From a virus (lineage: Duplodnaviria; Caudoviricetes): a stretch of 34,164 nucleotides of DNA. The position numbers were made by a program, and so were the translations under genes. Shown piece by piece: positions 26,000 to 34,164 of the stretch; position 1 is the stretch's first letter, and each line of letters begins with the position of its first letter. The notes under the pieces were generated by a model. It searched no databases. It had not been told where the DNA came from and saw only the letters and a program-made list of their open reading frames with translations. Location of the stretch: positions 1 through 34,164 of the IMG/VR virus record IMGVR_UViG_3300037605_000034; one strand, given 5' to 3'.

Positions 26000-26241
26000 A
26001 GCAACACCCCCGATCCGAGTAGCCAAGAAAGCAGGCTCGAGCCCGCAGCCGTGGCCGCACCGCCGAGGATCAGCCAGGTCAAACGCGACTGGCGCTTGGC
26101 GTTCTGCTCCAAGCGGTCCAGACGCAGTTGGATGCCGGGCTTACCGTTGCCACGGATGGCCTCATCCAAGCGATCGAGCTTCTTGTAGATCGCTTCGAGC
26201 GGGTTCTGACCGGGCTGAAATGGGCTGGTGTCGTTGCTCAA
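25996..26241 (-). CDS. Small coiled-coil protein with C-terminal TM (XhlA/holin-like)
   Basis: TTG 26241 overlaps the upstream TGA; KLDRLDEAIRGNGKPGIQLRLDRLEQ followed by a hydrophobic tail. Confidence 0.65.
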   Translation of the reverse strand: MSNDTSPFQPGQNPLEAIYKKLDRLDEAIRGNGKPGIQLRLDRLEQNAKRQSRLTWLILGGAATAAGSSLLSWLLGSGVLL

Positions 26242-26600
26242 GGGTTCGGGCCTGTGTCTTTGGTATGGATGCGGTAGGTCGTTCGGTACGGGTCGGACCA
26301 GCGCCATGCACCTTGGCCTTCGAAGTCCATGACCTCGAAGCGCCGGTCGTCTTCGACGATCACGTCACCGGCCTGGGGATCAAAGCCCAGCACCTCGGCG
26401 CTGATGAGGAAGTCGATCACATGGGCACGGAGAGTCGCGCCGCTGTACGACGCATCGCCGACCTCGTAGTCGGTCTTGCCCTTGGTGGCGGGCACGTTGG
26501 TGACCGGGCCGTCGGCACGCTCATAGATCACCAGGCTTGTGAGGTGATCCCCACGCTGCTGGGCCAGCCAGGTCGCGCTGTCTCTCAAAAGATCTGGCAT
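26238..26600 (-). CDS. Putative head-tail joining protein (gpFII-like)
   Basis: DFLI....L...P..GD.I......FEV pattern; position after capsid and DUF2190. Confidence 0.75.
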   Translation of the reverse strand: MPDLLRDSATWLAQQRGDHLTSLVIYERADGPVTNVPATKGKTDYEVGDASYSGATLRAHVIDFLISAEVLGFDPQAGDVIVEDDRRFEVMDFEGQGAWRWSDPYRTTYRIHTKDTGPNP

Positions 26601-26603
26601 CTG

Positions 26604-26945
26604 TCACTGCTCCAGCTTCACGCGGGTGGTGGTGTCGTTGTCGCCGGCGGCGAGGGTCGTCTTACCGAGGTACTTGTTGGCCCCGGCTTCGTCGTCTTCC
26701 TTGGCGACCTGGTCGGCGACATCCCAGTAGACCTTCGCGCCAGCGGGGATCGCCTCGCCGACGCCAGCGGTCTTGGGCACGTCGAAGACACCGGTGGTGG
26801 CCAACGCCCCGAGGGTGTTGGCGGGGATATCGATCTTGGCGATGCCGATGAGATCGCCGATGACGACCACGTCTCCGGCAGTCAGGTCGCTGCCCGGGGT
26901 ATGGTCGATATCGAGGCCGTCTTGGATGAACTGTGCGGTTGGCAT
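26604..26945 (-). CDS. DUF2190-family capsid decoration/cement protein
   Basis: F.QDG..IDHTP..D..AGDVVVIGDLIGIA..DI.A...G.L...GVF.VPK...G.KVYWD. Confidence 0.88.
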   Translation of the reverse strand: MPTAQFIQDGLDIDHTPGSDLTAGDVVVIGDLIGIAKIDIPANTLGALATTGVFDVPKTAGVGEAIPAGAKVYWDVADQVAKEDDEAGANKYLGKTTLAAGDNDTTTRVKLEQ

Positions 26946-27000
26946 AGGAGTTGTCCTTGTGTTGGTTCACGGTGCAGTGATTCCGGAGATTCCGGGGGGG

Positions 27001-29013
27001 TTAGGCTTCGCCCTTGACCTTCACTGCGCCGCGGTGGTCTTGTTCTTTCACACCGAAGTCGATGTAGCCCCGGAACTGGATGCCGAGGGTGTTGAAGTTG
27101 GCATCTGCGCGTTCGACGGTCGGGGTCTGCTTGCCATTGAGGAAAGCGACCTCGACCGCCGGGACCCGGTTGGGGTCGGCGAAGAGGTACCAGGCCTTGT
27201 TGCTGGAGCCTGTGAACGCAGGGTTTGAGAGATAGGCCGAGGTGACGACGTCGAACTTGCCCGCGTGGGGGTTGCTGGCGACCTTGGGCTTGTTGGCCGT
27301 GGTGGTCTCGTTCACTGCGGTATCTTTCATCAACTGCTGTGCCAGCACCTTGAGCGCAGGCGGGACGAACAGCTTCTGCGGCGCGACACTCAATGGTCTA
27401 CCGTTGGGCTTGGTCTGTTCGAGGAAGGTCAGTTCGGCTGCGGTGAGGCTCTCGATCGAGAGCGCCGTATTGGCACCGGTCAGGTAGTTCTTATTGCCCG
27501 CAGAGAAAAATCCCGCAGGGTTAGAGAGCAGCAGTTCGAATACCGCCTCGGCGATCGCCTCGGCCGAGCCCATGCCCAGCACCTGCGGGATCGCGGCGAA
27601 TGCGCCTAGGTCATCGTTGATGATGTCCTTGCGCTCGAGCGAGAACATGATCCCGAAGGTGTCAGCCTTCTGGGTGAAGTTCTCTTCGCCGAGCTTGCCG
27701 TGCTTCAGTTCCCCGCCCTTACCGACCGGCTGGAACTTCATGTCGTCGGTCAAGCGGTAACGCGTGTGCTCCTTGAAGTCGGACACCGAGCCGATCTTGC
27801 AGACCTGCCGCCACGCGTCCTCGACGTAGTTAAAGCCGTCGAGCAGCATCTTGTGGGCGACATTCGAGAGGATGCCCGGTAGAGACATAGTGCTGAACGC
27901 GGCCTGCAGCCAGCCCGAGGCGTCCTGTCGGTATCGCGGCAGACGCCTGCCCGCTGCGATTTCGCAGAACTCCTGGAAGCCGATGCCACGGAAGCGGTCA
28001 CTGGCTTCGAGGGTCTTCTCGCCAAACTGGGTCAGCGCCCGGTGGTCGGTCATCCCCGCCGCACGGCACGCGGCCGCAATCAGCACGCCTTGGTCGGGCG
28101 ACTTGTCGGTCGCGCCGCCCGGCGTGGGTGAGGACGGCCGCGAGGCTCGCAGCACTTCGAGTTCGGTCTTGGTTTCGTCCCACGCCTCTTCGATCGCTTG
28201 CGCGGCAATGGCCTGATGGGCACTGCCACAGACTTCGAGGATGCGCGACTGACGACGCAGTTCGCTTGCGGCCGAAGCACGCAGGCGCTGGGCGGGGTCT
28301 TCATCCTCATCCGCGACAGCGACGGATGTATCGGTGTCTTGCTGCTGCGCATCGAACGAAGCGCGGAGGGTCTTAGATTGATCGTCGGACAGTGCTTCGG
28401 GATCGAAGCCGCCTTCCTGTAGCCATTGGGTGAATTCCATAGGGAGTTCCTTGTTGGGTTGCTTGTTGGATTGATTGGCGATCAGCGCCGAGGTTTGGGT
28501 GTCTGCACCCAGCGGCACGAAGCTGATCTCACCGAGGAGGGATTGGCGGGCAACGTTGAGCGGGCCATCGAACGATCGGCCGTTGACGACCACGTTCTGC
28601 CCGGCCTTGATGAAGTCCACCTTCTGGGCCTGGGCACCGATGGATGCTTGCCAGCGGAAACCTTTGTCTGCTAAGGCGATCACACGCTGCACGCGGGGTG
28701 AGTCGCCGAGCACATCGCCGGATGCGACGAGTTGGCCCTCGACGATCTCGATGCGATCGGTCTGGCCGACCAGGTCGTCAACGTCTTGCTGATGCCCGAG
28801 GAAGATGGGGCGAGCGCTGTCGCCGGTGTTCAGACCCGCGAGGTCCACGACGACCGGGTAGCGCCAGCCTGCCAGCGTCATCGGTCCGCCGGTGTAGGCG
28901 GTCATGGAGAAGCGGCGTGGCCCCCCGGAAGTGGCATCAGTATCGCCCGCGGATTGTGCTGCGGTGATTTCGCACGGCGCGGTAAGCGTGAGGGTGTTTG
29001 GATGCTCAGGCAT
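27001..29013 (-). CDS. Prohead protease-scaffold-major capsid fusion (Mu gpT-like capsid domain)
   Basis: N-terminal AYTGG...H...VG...WQASIG...EISFV.LGAD..T protease; acidic helical scaffold; C-terminal capsid motifs SDFK, INDDLGAF, WYL.ADP, EVAFLNG..TP, DFGV...DHRG. Confidence 0.92.
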   Translation of the reverse strand: MPEHPNTLTLTAPCEITAAQSAGDTDATSGGPRRFSMTAYTGGPMTLAGWRYPVVVDLAGLNTGDSARPIFLGHQQDVDDLVGQTDRIEIVEGQLVASGDVLGDSPRVQRVIALADKGFRWQASIGAQAQKVDFIKAGQNVVVNGRSFDGPLNVARQSLLGEISFVPLGADTQTSALIANQSNKQPNKELPMEFTQWLQEGGFDPEALSDDQSKTLRASFDAQQQDTDTSVAVADEDEDPAQRLRASAASELRRQSRILEVCGSAHQAIAAQAIEEAWDETKTELEVLRASRPSSPTPGGATDKSPDQGVLIAAACRAAGMTDHRALTQFGEKTLEASDRFRGIGFQEFCEIAAGRRLPRYRQDASGWLQAAFSTMSLPGILSNVAHKMLLDGFNYVEDAWRQVCKIGSVSDFKEHTRYRLTDDMKFQPVGKGGELKHGKLGEENFTQKADTFGIMFSLERKDIINDDLGAFAAIPQVLGMGSAEAIAEAVFELLLSNPAGFFSAGNKNYLTGANTALSIESLTAAELTFLEQTKPNGRPLSVAPQKLFVPPALKVLAQQLMKDTAVNETTTANKPKVASNPHAGKFDVVTSAYLSNPAFTGSSNKAWYLFADPNRVPAVEVAFLNGKQTPTVERADANFNTLGIQFRGYIDFGVKEQDHRGAVKVKGEA

Positions 29014-30472
29014 CGTCTTCCTCCTCCATCTCTGGATCGAGTTCCGAGGCGACGCCTGCAGGCTGCGATTGGGCTTCTGTTAGACCCAGTTCACGAACGA
29101 GAGCCACTTCCTTCGCGCGTTGGCGAAGTTCAGTCTCCCAGTCGCGGCCCTGCTTGGCGTACTCGTTGGCGAGTGTGGTCGTGTGGCTGGTCAGGCGTGT
29201 GGATTGAGCGTTGGCTTCCTTGGCAGGGTCCACGTGCTCGGTGCCGTCCCAGAACCACTGGTGATCCAGGGTGTTGAAGTCGGCGGTGCGCATCCATCGC
29301 GGCAACAGGTTCGTGACGAGGATCGCTTCGTTTAGCCAGGCCCGGAAGATGGCATCAAGCACGTTTGAAGCGATGTGGGTTTGATCGACACGGATCGCCT
29401 TGTAATAGGTCTGGTGATCCAGCCGACCCGAAGCGTAGTTGTAGCCCGAGCTGTTGCCGGCCGCGACGTTGAACGGCATGTTCAGGCAGCGGGCGATCTC
29501 GGCCAGAATCGATTTCACGAACTCGACGTGGTTCGTACTCGGATGCTCGGCCTTGACCTGCCCGAGCTTCCAGCCCTGCGGCAACGTGGTTGCCATGCGA
29601 GCTTCGAGTTCGAACACGTCCATCGGCTCGACCGCATCCGGCTCGCCGTTGGGCGGCGCATCGGTGTAGAGCGTCAGTGCGAAGTCGGCGGCGGTCTCTG
29701 CCGCAGCAAGGACAGCCAATCGGTAACGTCGTAGCTGCGCGAACATCGGCAGCGCCGGGGTCAACTCAGGGACGCCTCGGCTCTGGCCCGGGCGCTCGAC
29801 GCGATAGAGGTGGATGACCGAGTCGGCCGACACACGATCCACTTCGTCATCAAAGCCGCCACCGCCGGGGTGCTGCTTGAGCACGTGGTAATGCGTGGGA
29901 TTGCCGAAGCGGTCGTGTTCGATGCCATCGACCGCGTCGTCTTCGAAGGAGCGGCGAGACGGGGGTGTGGTGACCTGGTCGGCCTCGACTAGCTTCACGT
30001 CCAGTTGGACCGGACCAGCGATCGAGGGATTGCGAGTCAGGATGGCGAAGGCTTCACCGGATTCGGCGCGGGCCATCCGCATGGTGCGGAGTTTTTCGGG
30101 GAGATTGATCGCGCGGGCCCAGCGCATGAACGATTGCTCGACGGCAGCGTTCGCGGCGGGGTCCTCGGTCAGCATCTGCAGACGCGGGCCGGTGCCGATC
30201 GTGTCGTTGGCCAGCGTGAGGACGATGCCCCGGGCATACGAGTTGTTGGCCACTTCGTAGCGCGTTCGGCTACGCAGGATCGCCCGCACATCCATTGACG
30301 CAGCGGCATCGGGGCTGAGCAGGTCCGCGTTGGCCCAGTGCCGACGGTTCTCGTCGGTCGTCTGCGCCGCGTCGAACTTGGCACGCACGACACGGTACGA
30401 CCGCTCATGCGATGCGTTCGCTTTGGCCTTGGACATCCGGGGGTTCCGGGGTGATCGCCAGCGCATCAGCAT
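29006..30472 (-). CDS. Phage portal protein, lambda family
   Basis: LRSR.R....NN.YA.G, GE.F, GIE.D.FG.P..Y, R.GQ.RG.P, NY.SGR, VDP.KEA.A. Confidence 0.95.
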   Translation of the reverse strand: MLMRWRSPRNPRMSKAKANASHERSYRVVRAKFDAAQTTDENRRHWANADLLSPDAAASMDVRAILRSRTRYEVANNSYARGIVLTLANDTIGTGPRLQMLTEDPAANAAVEQSFMRWARAINLPEKLRTMRMARAESGEAFAILTRNPSIAGPVQLDVKLVEADQVTTPPSRRSFEDDAVDGIEHDRFGNPTHYHVLKQHPGGGGFDDEVDRVSADSVIHLYRVERPGQSRGVPELTPALPMFAQLRRYRLAVLAAAETAADFALTLYTDAPPNGEPDAVEPMDVFELEARMATTLPQGWKLGQVKAEHPSTNHVEFVKSILAEIARCLNMPFNVAAGNSSGYNYASGRLDHQTYYKAIRVDQTHIASNVLDAIFRAWLNEAILVTNLLPRWMRTADFNTLDHQWFWDGTEHVDPAKEANAQSTRLTSHTTTLANEYAKQGRDWETELRQRAKEVALVRELGLTEAQSQPAGVASELDPEMEEEDDA

Positions 30473-30684
30473 TACGCGGCCCCCGGTGGAATGAGTTTGG
30501 TGGTCTTCATCCCCAAGCCCGCCTTGCGCGTGGCCTGCTTGGACGCGAGATAGCGGTCCGCCGCGATCTGGTCGGCAATACTGTGCTGCTCGACAGACTG
30601 GCCATCGACGCTCGCTTTGGCAGGGCCAGCGGCGTTGTCGTGGATGCTCTGATCCAGCGGATCGATTTGATTGGATTCAGGCAA
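30472..30684 (-). CDS. Small head-completion protein (gpW-like position)
   Basis: GP..A.VDG.SVEQHS..DQI.ADRYL; stop overlaps the portal start. Confidence 0.75.
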   Translation of the reverse strand: MPESNQIDPLDQSIHDNAAGPAKASVDGQSVEQHSIADQIAADRYLASKQATRKAGLGMKTTKLIPPGAA

Positions 30685-30800
30685 GGCGGTGTCCTAGAAG
30701 GGAGAAGTCCCTACAGGTCACCTATGCCGTCAATTTACAGATCACCCATGCAAGAAGTGCAAGGCTGAAAACGTATCCGTATATGGAACTTGCTGTCGCT

Positions 30801-31124
30801 TTAAGTGGCGTGCTCATCAGACGAGAACTGGCTGATGCTGACTCTCTTGCCGCCGGGAAGCTTCACCGTTAGCTCAAGCTCGCCTTCCAGGGCTTCGACA
30901 ATGCGGCGGAGCGTACTGATCTGCATGTCTTGCTGAGACTCAAGCTTTGATAGCGTCGGCTGGGTGACACCCAGTCGCTTAGCCAAGTCAATCTGAGTGA
31001 GCCCAGCTTGTTTACGAATCTCTGCAAGTAAGAGGTCTGCCATCATTTCACGCGCGATCGTTTCGGAGCGCTTCTGGCGTTTCGGGGACATCTGATCACG
31101 GAGCTCGTTGAATTTTCGTGCCAT
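30801..31124 (-). CDS. XRE-family HTH protein, HigA-like antitoxin
   Basis: LAEIRK..GLTQ..LA..LGVTQ..LSKLE...DMQISTLRR.VEAL.G.L; ATG at 31124. Confidence 0.9.
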   Translation of the reverse strand: MARKFNELRDQMSPKRQKRSETIAREMMADLLLAEIRKQAGLTQIDLAKRLGVTQPTLSKLESQQDMQISTLRRIVEALEGELELTVKLPGGKRVSISQFSSDEHAT

Positions 31125-31250
31125 GAGATCAAACCTTCCTCGGCAGTTTGTCTGCGACTGGGATCGTTCAGTCATCCTGCCTTGATTCACTCGGGCCTGT
31201 CGCCACGCTTCGTACTTGAACGTGAATTCGACCTGCCACACCCATGACAT
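31125..31250 (-). pseudogene. Probable remnant of a HigB/gp49-like toxin gene
   Basis: (V)WQVEFT..YEAW resembles the N-terminus of gp49/HigB toxins, but only ~40 codons remain before the antitoxin ATG. Confidence 0.55.
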
Positions 31251-31280
31251 AGCTTATAGGCTATATAGCTTATAAGCAAT
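31249..31280. promoter_or_regulatory. Tandem 16-bp near-palindromic operators over a minus-strand promoter
   Basis: ATAGCTTATAGGCTAT (31249-64) and ATAGCTTATAAGCAAT (31265-80); minus strand reads TTGCTT-N17-TAAGCT. Confidence 0.65.
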
Positions 31281-31399
31281 AATGTTTTTTGATAAATGCC
31301 TGCTGAAAGGCAATAAAGCGGGCTTTAGAGTCGCCTGAAGCATAGGGTAGACATATATGTATAGCTTGCCTAAAATGTTCACTAGAGAGGCCCGATGAC

Positions 31400-31960
31400 A
31401 TGACTGTGATCCCACCGTTTAACACCGACGGGCTTTTGCCACCCGCAGACTACGAGCTCACGCTCGATCAGCTGCGAGAGTCGCCGCTTGTCCTCGGGCA
31501 GGCAAACCCTGCCCTCGAGAGCCACTGGGACGCCGCTTGGCGAAACCGCCTGGTGAGCAATCTGGAGGTGCTGGTGAAACAGCTCTGGCAGGTTGGGATC
31601 ACTGATATTTTTGTGGATGGCTCCTTCGCCGAAGAAAAGGATCATCCCAATGACATCGACGGGTATTTCGTATGCGACATGAAACGGTTTGTTTCGGGCG
31701 ACCTTGAGCGGGAACTGAACTTGTTAGACCCGCACAAGGTTTGGACATGGGACCCCGATAGCCGACGCCCTTATCGCGGCTATCCGAAGAAGCAGCTTCC
31801 GATGTGGCACCACTACCGAGTGGAGTTGTATCCACACTTTGGTCAATTCAGCGGCATCAAAGACAAGCACGGCAACGAGCTTGAGTTTCCCGCCGCTTTC
31901 CGTCAGTGTCGTGCCGATGGCCAGCCCAAGGGCATTATTAAGATTGGAGTTCAATCATGA
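31400..31960 (+). CDS. Predicted nucleotidyltransferase (DUF6932-like)
   Basis: IPPF...GLLPP, IFVDGSF...K..PNDID (GS...DxD pol-beta motif), C-terminal KGII.I; AGAGAGG RBS-like sequence. Confidence 0.82.
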   Translation: MTVIPPFNTDGLLPPADYELTLDQLRESPLVLGQANPALESHWDAAWRNRLVSNLEVLVKQLWQVGITDIFVDGSFAEEKDHPNDIDGYFVCDMKRFVSGDLERELNLLDPHKVWTWDPDSRRPYRGYPKKQLPMWHHYRVELYPHFGQFSGIKDKHGNELEFPAAFRQCRADGQPKGIIKIGVQS

Positions 31961-32403
31961 TCCGCAATGAAAAGGAATACCGAGAAGCCGTCGAGCGGCT
32001 CGCTGAAGAGAAGAAGCGGATGGCTGCGCAAAAAGCCGAGCTTCAGAAGATGGGGCTTGCGCCAGATGAGGTCAAGCGTGCACTGGACCCGATGCGATCG
32101 TTCCACTTGCAGTTGCAGGAAGAGGTCGATAGTTATGAGCAGCTCAAGCGTGGCCAATTCCAAGAGCTCTCCAATCTGCGTGGTCTTGGCCATCTGTTGA
32201 TTGCGCTGCGCATCGCTAAGGGAATTAGCCAGCGTGAGCTTGCCCAGCGGCTTGACGTGCATGAAACTCAGATCTCTCGGGACGAACGCAACGAGTACCA
32301 CGGCATCACCCTCGACCGTGCCTCAAAGGTTCTTGATGCGCTCGGTGTCGAATTGCACAGCTCGGTGAGCGTCCCGGCCGAAGAGCTCGCCATCGCTGGA
32401 TAA
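31957..32403 (+). CDS. XRE-family HTH protein with HigA-like N-terminus
   Basis: MIRNEKEY..A; LIALRIAKGISQRELA.RL.V...QISRDE; ATGA-coupled to the nucleotidyltransferase. Confidence 0.88.
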   Translation: MIRNEKEYREAVERLAEEKKRMAAQKAELQKMGLAPDEVKRALDPMRSFHLQLQEEVDSYEQLKRGQFQELSNLRGLGHLLIALRIAKGISQRELAQRLDVHETQISRDERNEYHGITLDRASKVLDALGVELHSSVSVPAEELAIAG

Positions 32404-32417
32404 ACCCCGCGTGTCCA

Positions 32418-32600
32418 TCAGGCTCGTTCTCTTGTCGTGATACGCCGCCCGCAATGGCGGCATTTGCGGACTCGGAGGATGTGCCCGGGGCGGTTTCGGG
32501 TGTACCAGACCGGCAGGTGCCTACACCCGCATTTCGGGCACGTCAGCCCGGGGCCGGGGTCATCTGCTTCCTTATTGATAGATGGTGGGTCGGTTCTCAT
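32418..32600 (-). CDS. Small Zn-ribbon protein (NrdR-N/Ogr-Delta-like)
   Basis: CPKCG...V..TR......R.R.CRHCG.R.TT.E; ATGA overlap with the terminase stop. Confidence 0.78.
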   Translation of the reverse strand: MRTDPPSINKEADDPGPGLTCPKCGCRHLPVWYTRNRPGHILRVRKCRHCGRRITTRERA

Positions 32601-34164
32601 CGTCGGCTCGCCTGCATTTCTGAAAGCTTCATCCTGGGTTTACGCGGGGCACCAATCGTCTCAACGCCTAGCTTGACCCCGCCCATCGAAGCGGCGACGG
32701 CGCAACCGACCAGGCAGTCGAACCAGTGGTTGTCGGGCCGGCTCGGGCGGATCGCCCACTCCTGAACCATCCGACCGTGTCCTTGGGTGCGTGTCCAGAA
32801 CTCAGCACCCGCAACGTGGTCGGCAAACAGTCGGTGGGCCGATCCACGAGATGGTGTGTCGCCGAAGAGCGTCAACGCACCGCGATCACCCGGGGCTACC
32901 GCCAGTCGAGCATGAAGAAAACTCTTCCAGTAGTTCGTATCGATCTGCACGTGCCGGAACTCACTGGTCTTCGAGACGTTGGGGACGTACCAGTGATGAC
33001 CATGGCGTTCGCCGGGACGACGCCGGTAGGTGGCCATGGGCTTGTTGCCCGCCTTGATCCCCACACCCTTGGACGGCATGGCTGCGCCGGCACCGGGGAG
33101 TTTGTGGCAGACGTTGGCCACGACCCCCGGAAGGTAACCCGAGTCGATGAGCAAGCGTTCGATGCGGATCGCACCTTCACCTTGCGGGTAGTCCGTCGTG
33201 AGCAGCGTTGTCGCCAATTGGTCAAGCCCCGCCTGTACCGCGCCCTCCACCCCCGCGCCGGGCATCAGATCCCCCATCGTCTTCTTCGCATCGCGCAGCG
33301 AGAAGAGTGATCGCTTCTGGTCGGGGTAGGTGCCGTAGTCGATGACATAGCCGGTGAAGTCTTCTGCCCAGGCACACACCACATAGAACAACACCTTGTC
33401 ATGCACGTCGATAAACGCGGTGAGACGCGTGCATTCCAGCGGCACATGTTTCCGGGGCCGGCCGTTGATGCGCTCGGCGACCTGGTCGGGGGTGAGCACG
33501 TCCTCGTCGCTTTGCTCGGCGACGGGCTCGTTCTGATACTCGGCAAAGAACGCAGGCTCATCCCGCAGCTTGAGGTTCATCGCGTGCTGTAGCGCGCTGA
33601 CCTCGTCGTGGTTGAAGCGAACCGGCCAGGCCACGGCGATGCCTTCGTCCATCGCCTCGCGGTTTTCTTCGTAGTAGGCGGTGGCCTCCGAACCGTCGTT
33701 GCCTTCACGCAGGGACTGAGCACGGAGCTGCGCGTACTGATCCCAGTGTTTTTCGGCCTCGGGTGACTCGGGGAACTTGTAGACGAGCTTGGTGCACTCG
33801 CCTTGCCACTCGGGATTCTTGGTCCGGTCGAGGATCTGGTCGGCCAAGTCGTCGTGGTAAATCTTTGTGCAGGTCATGAAGCCCGCCATCTTCACCCCCG
33901 GACCCCCGAGGCCGAGTACATCGCCGTTGAGGATGGAGAGGCGGTGGCGGGTCTGCGCCGGCGAGTTCGCCGATTGCCTAGTCTGCGGGTCGTCGAGGAT
34001 GACCAGCGACGGGCGAATAATCGTGCCATCCATCCGCGTGTGCTGCTGACCACGGATATTCGAATCCAACCCCGCGACGGTGATGATCCCGCCCGATGAC
34101 GGAGAGCCATCAATCGTCGGCATCACCAGTCGGTCGGCTGACCAGGTGATGTACGTGGACTTGC
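32597..34164 (-). CDS. Terminase large subunit, gpA-like (5' end outside window)
   Basis: Walker B VILDDPQ; F..EYQN.P; nuclease motifs FIDV....LFY.V.AW, LIDSGY, DNHWFDC.V; frame open to the window edge. Confidence 0.92.
   Translation of the reverse strand, partial: KSTYITWSADRLVMPTIDGSPSSGGIITVAGLDSNIRGQQHTRMDGTIIRPSLVILDDPQTRQSANSPAQTRHRLSILNGDVLGLGGPGVKMAGFMTCTKIYHDDLADQILDRTKNPEWQGECTKLVYKFPESPEAEKHWDQYAQLRAQSLREGNDGSEATAYYEENREAMDEGIAVAWPVRFNHDEVSALQHAMNLKLRDEPAFFAEYQNEPVAEQSDEDVLTPDQVAERINGRPRKHVPLECTRLTAFIDVHDKVLFYVVCAWAEDFTGYVIDYGTYPDQKRSLFSLRDAKKTMGDLMPGAGVEGAVQAGLDQLATTLLTTDYPQGEGAIRIERLLIDSGYLPGVVANVCHKLPGAGAAMPSKGVGIKAGNKPMATYRRRPGERHGHHWYVPNVSKTSEFRHVQIDTNYWKSFLHARLAVAPGDRGALTLFGDTPSRGSAHRLFADHVAGAEFWTRTQGHGRMVQEWAIRPSRPDNHWFDCLVGCAVAASMGGVKLGVETIGAPRKPRMKLSEMQASRR

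Larger units (their letters stand above)
16011..34164 (-). mobile_element. Prophage late (packaging/morphogenesis) region, siphovirus-like; continues beyond the right edge
   Basis: Canonical order terminase-gpW-portal-protease/capsid-head/tail connectors-tail tube-chaperones-tape measure-distal genes; no sheath gene. Left limit may extend to include the GmrSD-like gene. Confidence 0.93.

Noticed and set aside
19236-27000. Contractile injection system or tailocin delivering the RHS toxin
   Set aside because: No sheath, baseplate wedge, VgrG or PAAR; head and packaging genes present, so it reads as a siphovirus-like prophage.

Overview
GC-rich bacterial window. The gene repertoire suggests Planctomycetota (inference). 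Left to right: (1) two small Cys-containing genes, then a 2254-aa RHS/YD polymorphic toxin with a LamG lectin domain inserted in its shell, an unrecognised AT-richer C-terminal toxin tip, and a membrane-anchored candidate immunity gene; (2) a truncated IS5-family transposase abutting a ~4.4-kb mini-element (unknown ORF, small ORF, Rep_trans-like rolling-circle initiator with a pT181-like nick hairpin, large serine recombinase); (3) a GmrSD-like DUF262/DUF1524 gene; (4) on the minus strand, the late operon of a siphovirus-like prophage: gpA-type terminase (runs off the edge), lambda-type portal, protease-capsid fusion, head-tail and tail genes, a G/GT -1 frameshift pair, tape measure and a Cys-repeat distal protein, with a toxin-antitoxin insert between terminase and portal. 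The most unusual signal is a complete, ORF-less 234-nt group I ribozyme (16601-16834, minus) between the last two late genes. Its internal guide sequence pairs best with a site DOWNSTREAM of the ribozyme, overlapping a TAA-ATG junction, not with the upstream exon. All assignments come from motif recognition by eye; no database search was run.
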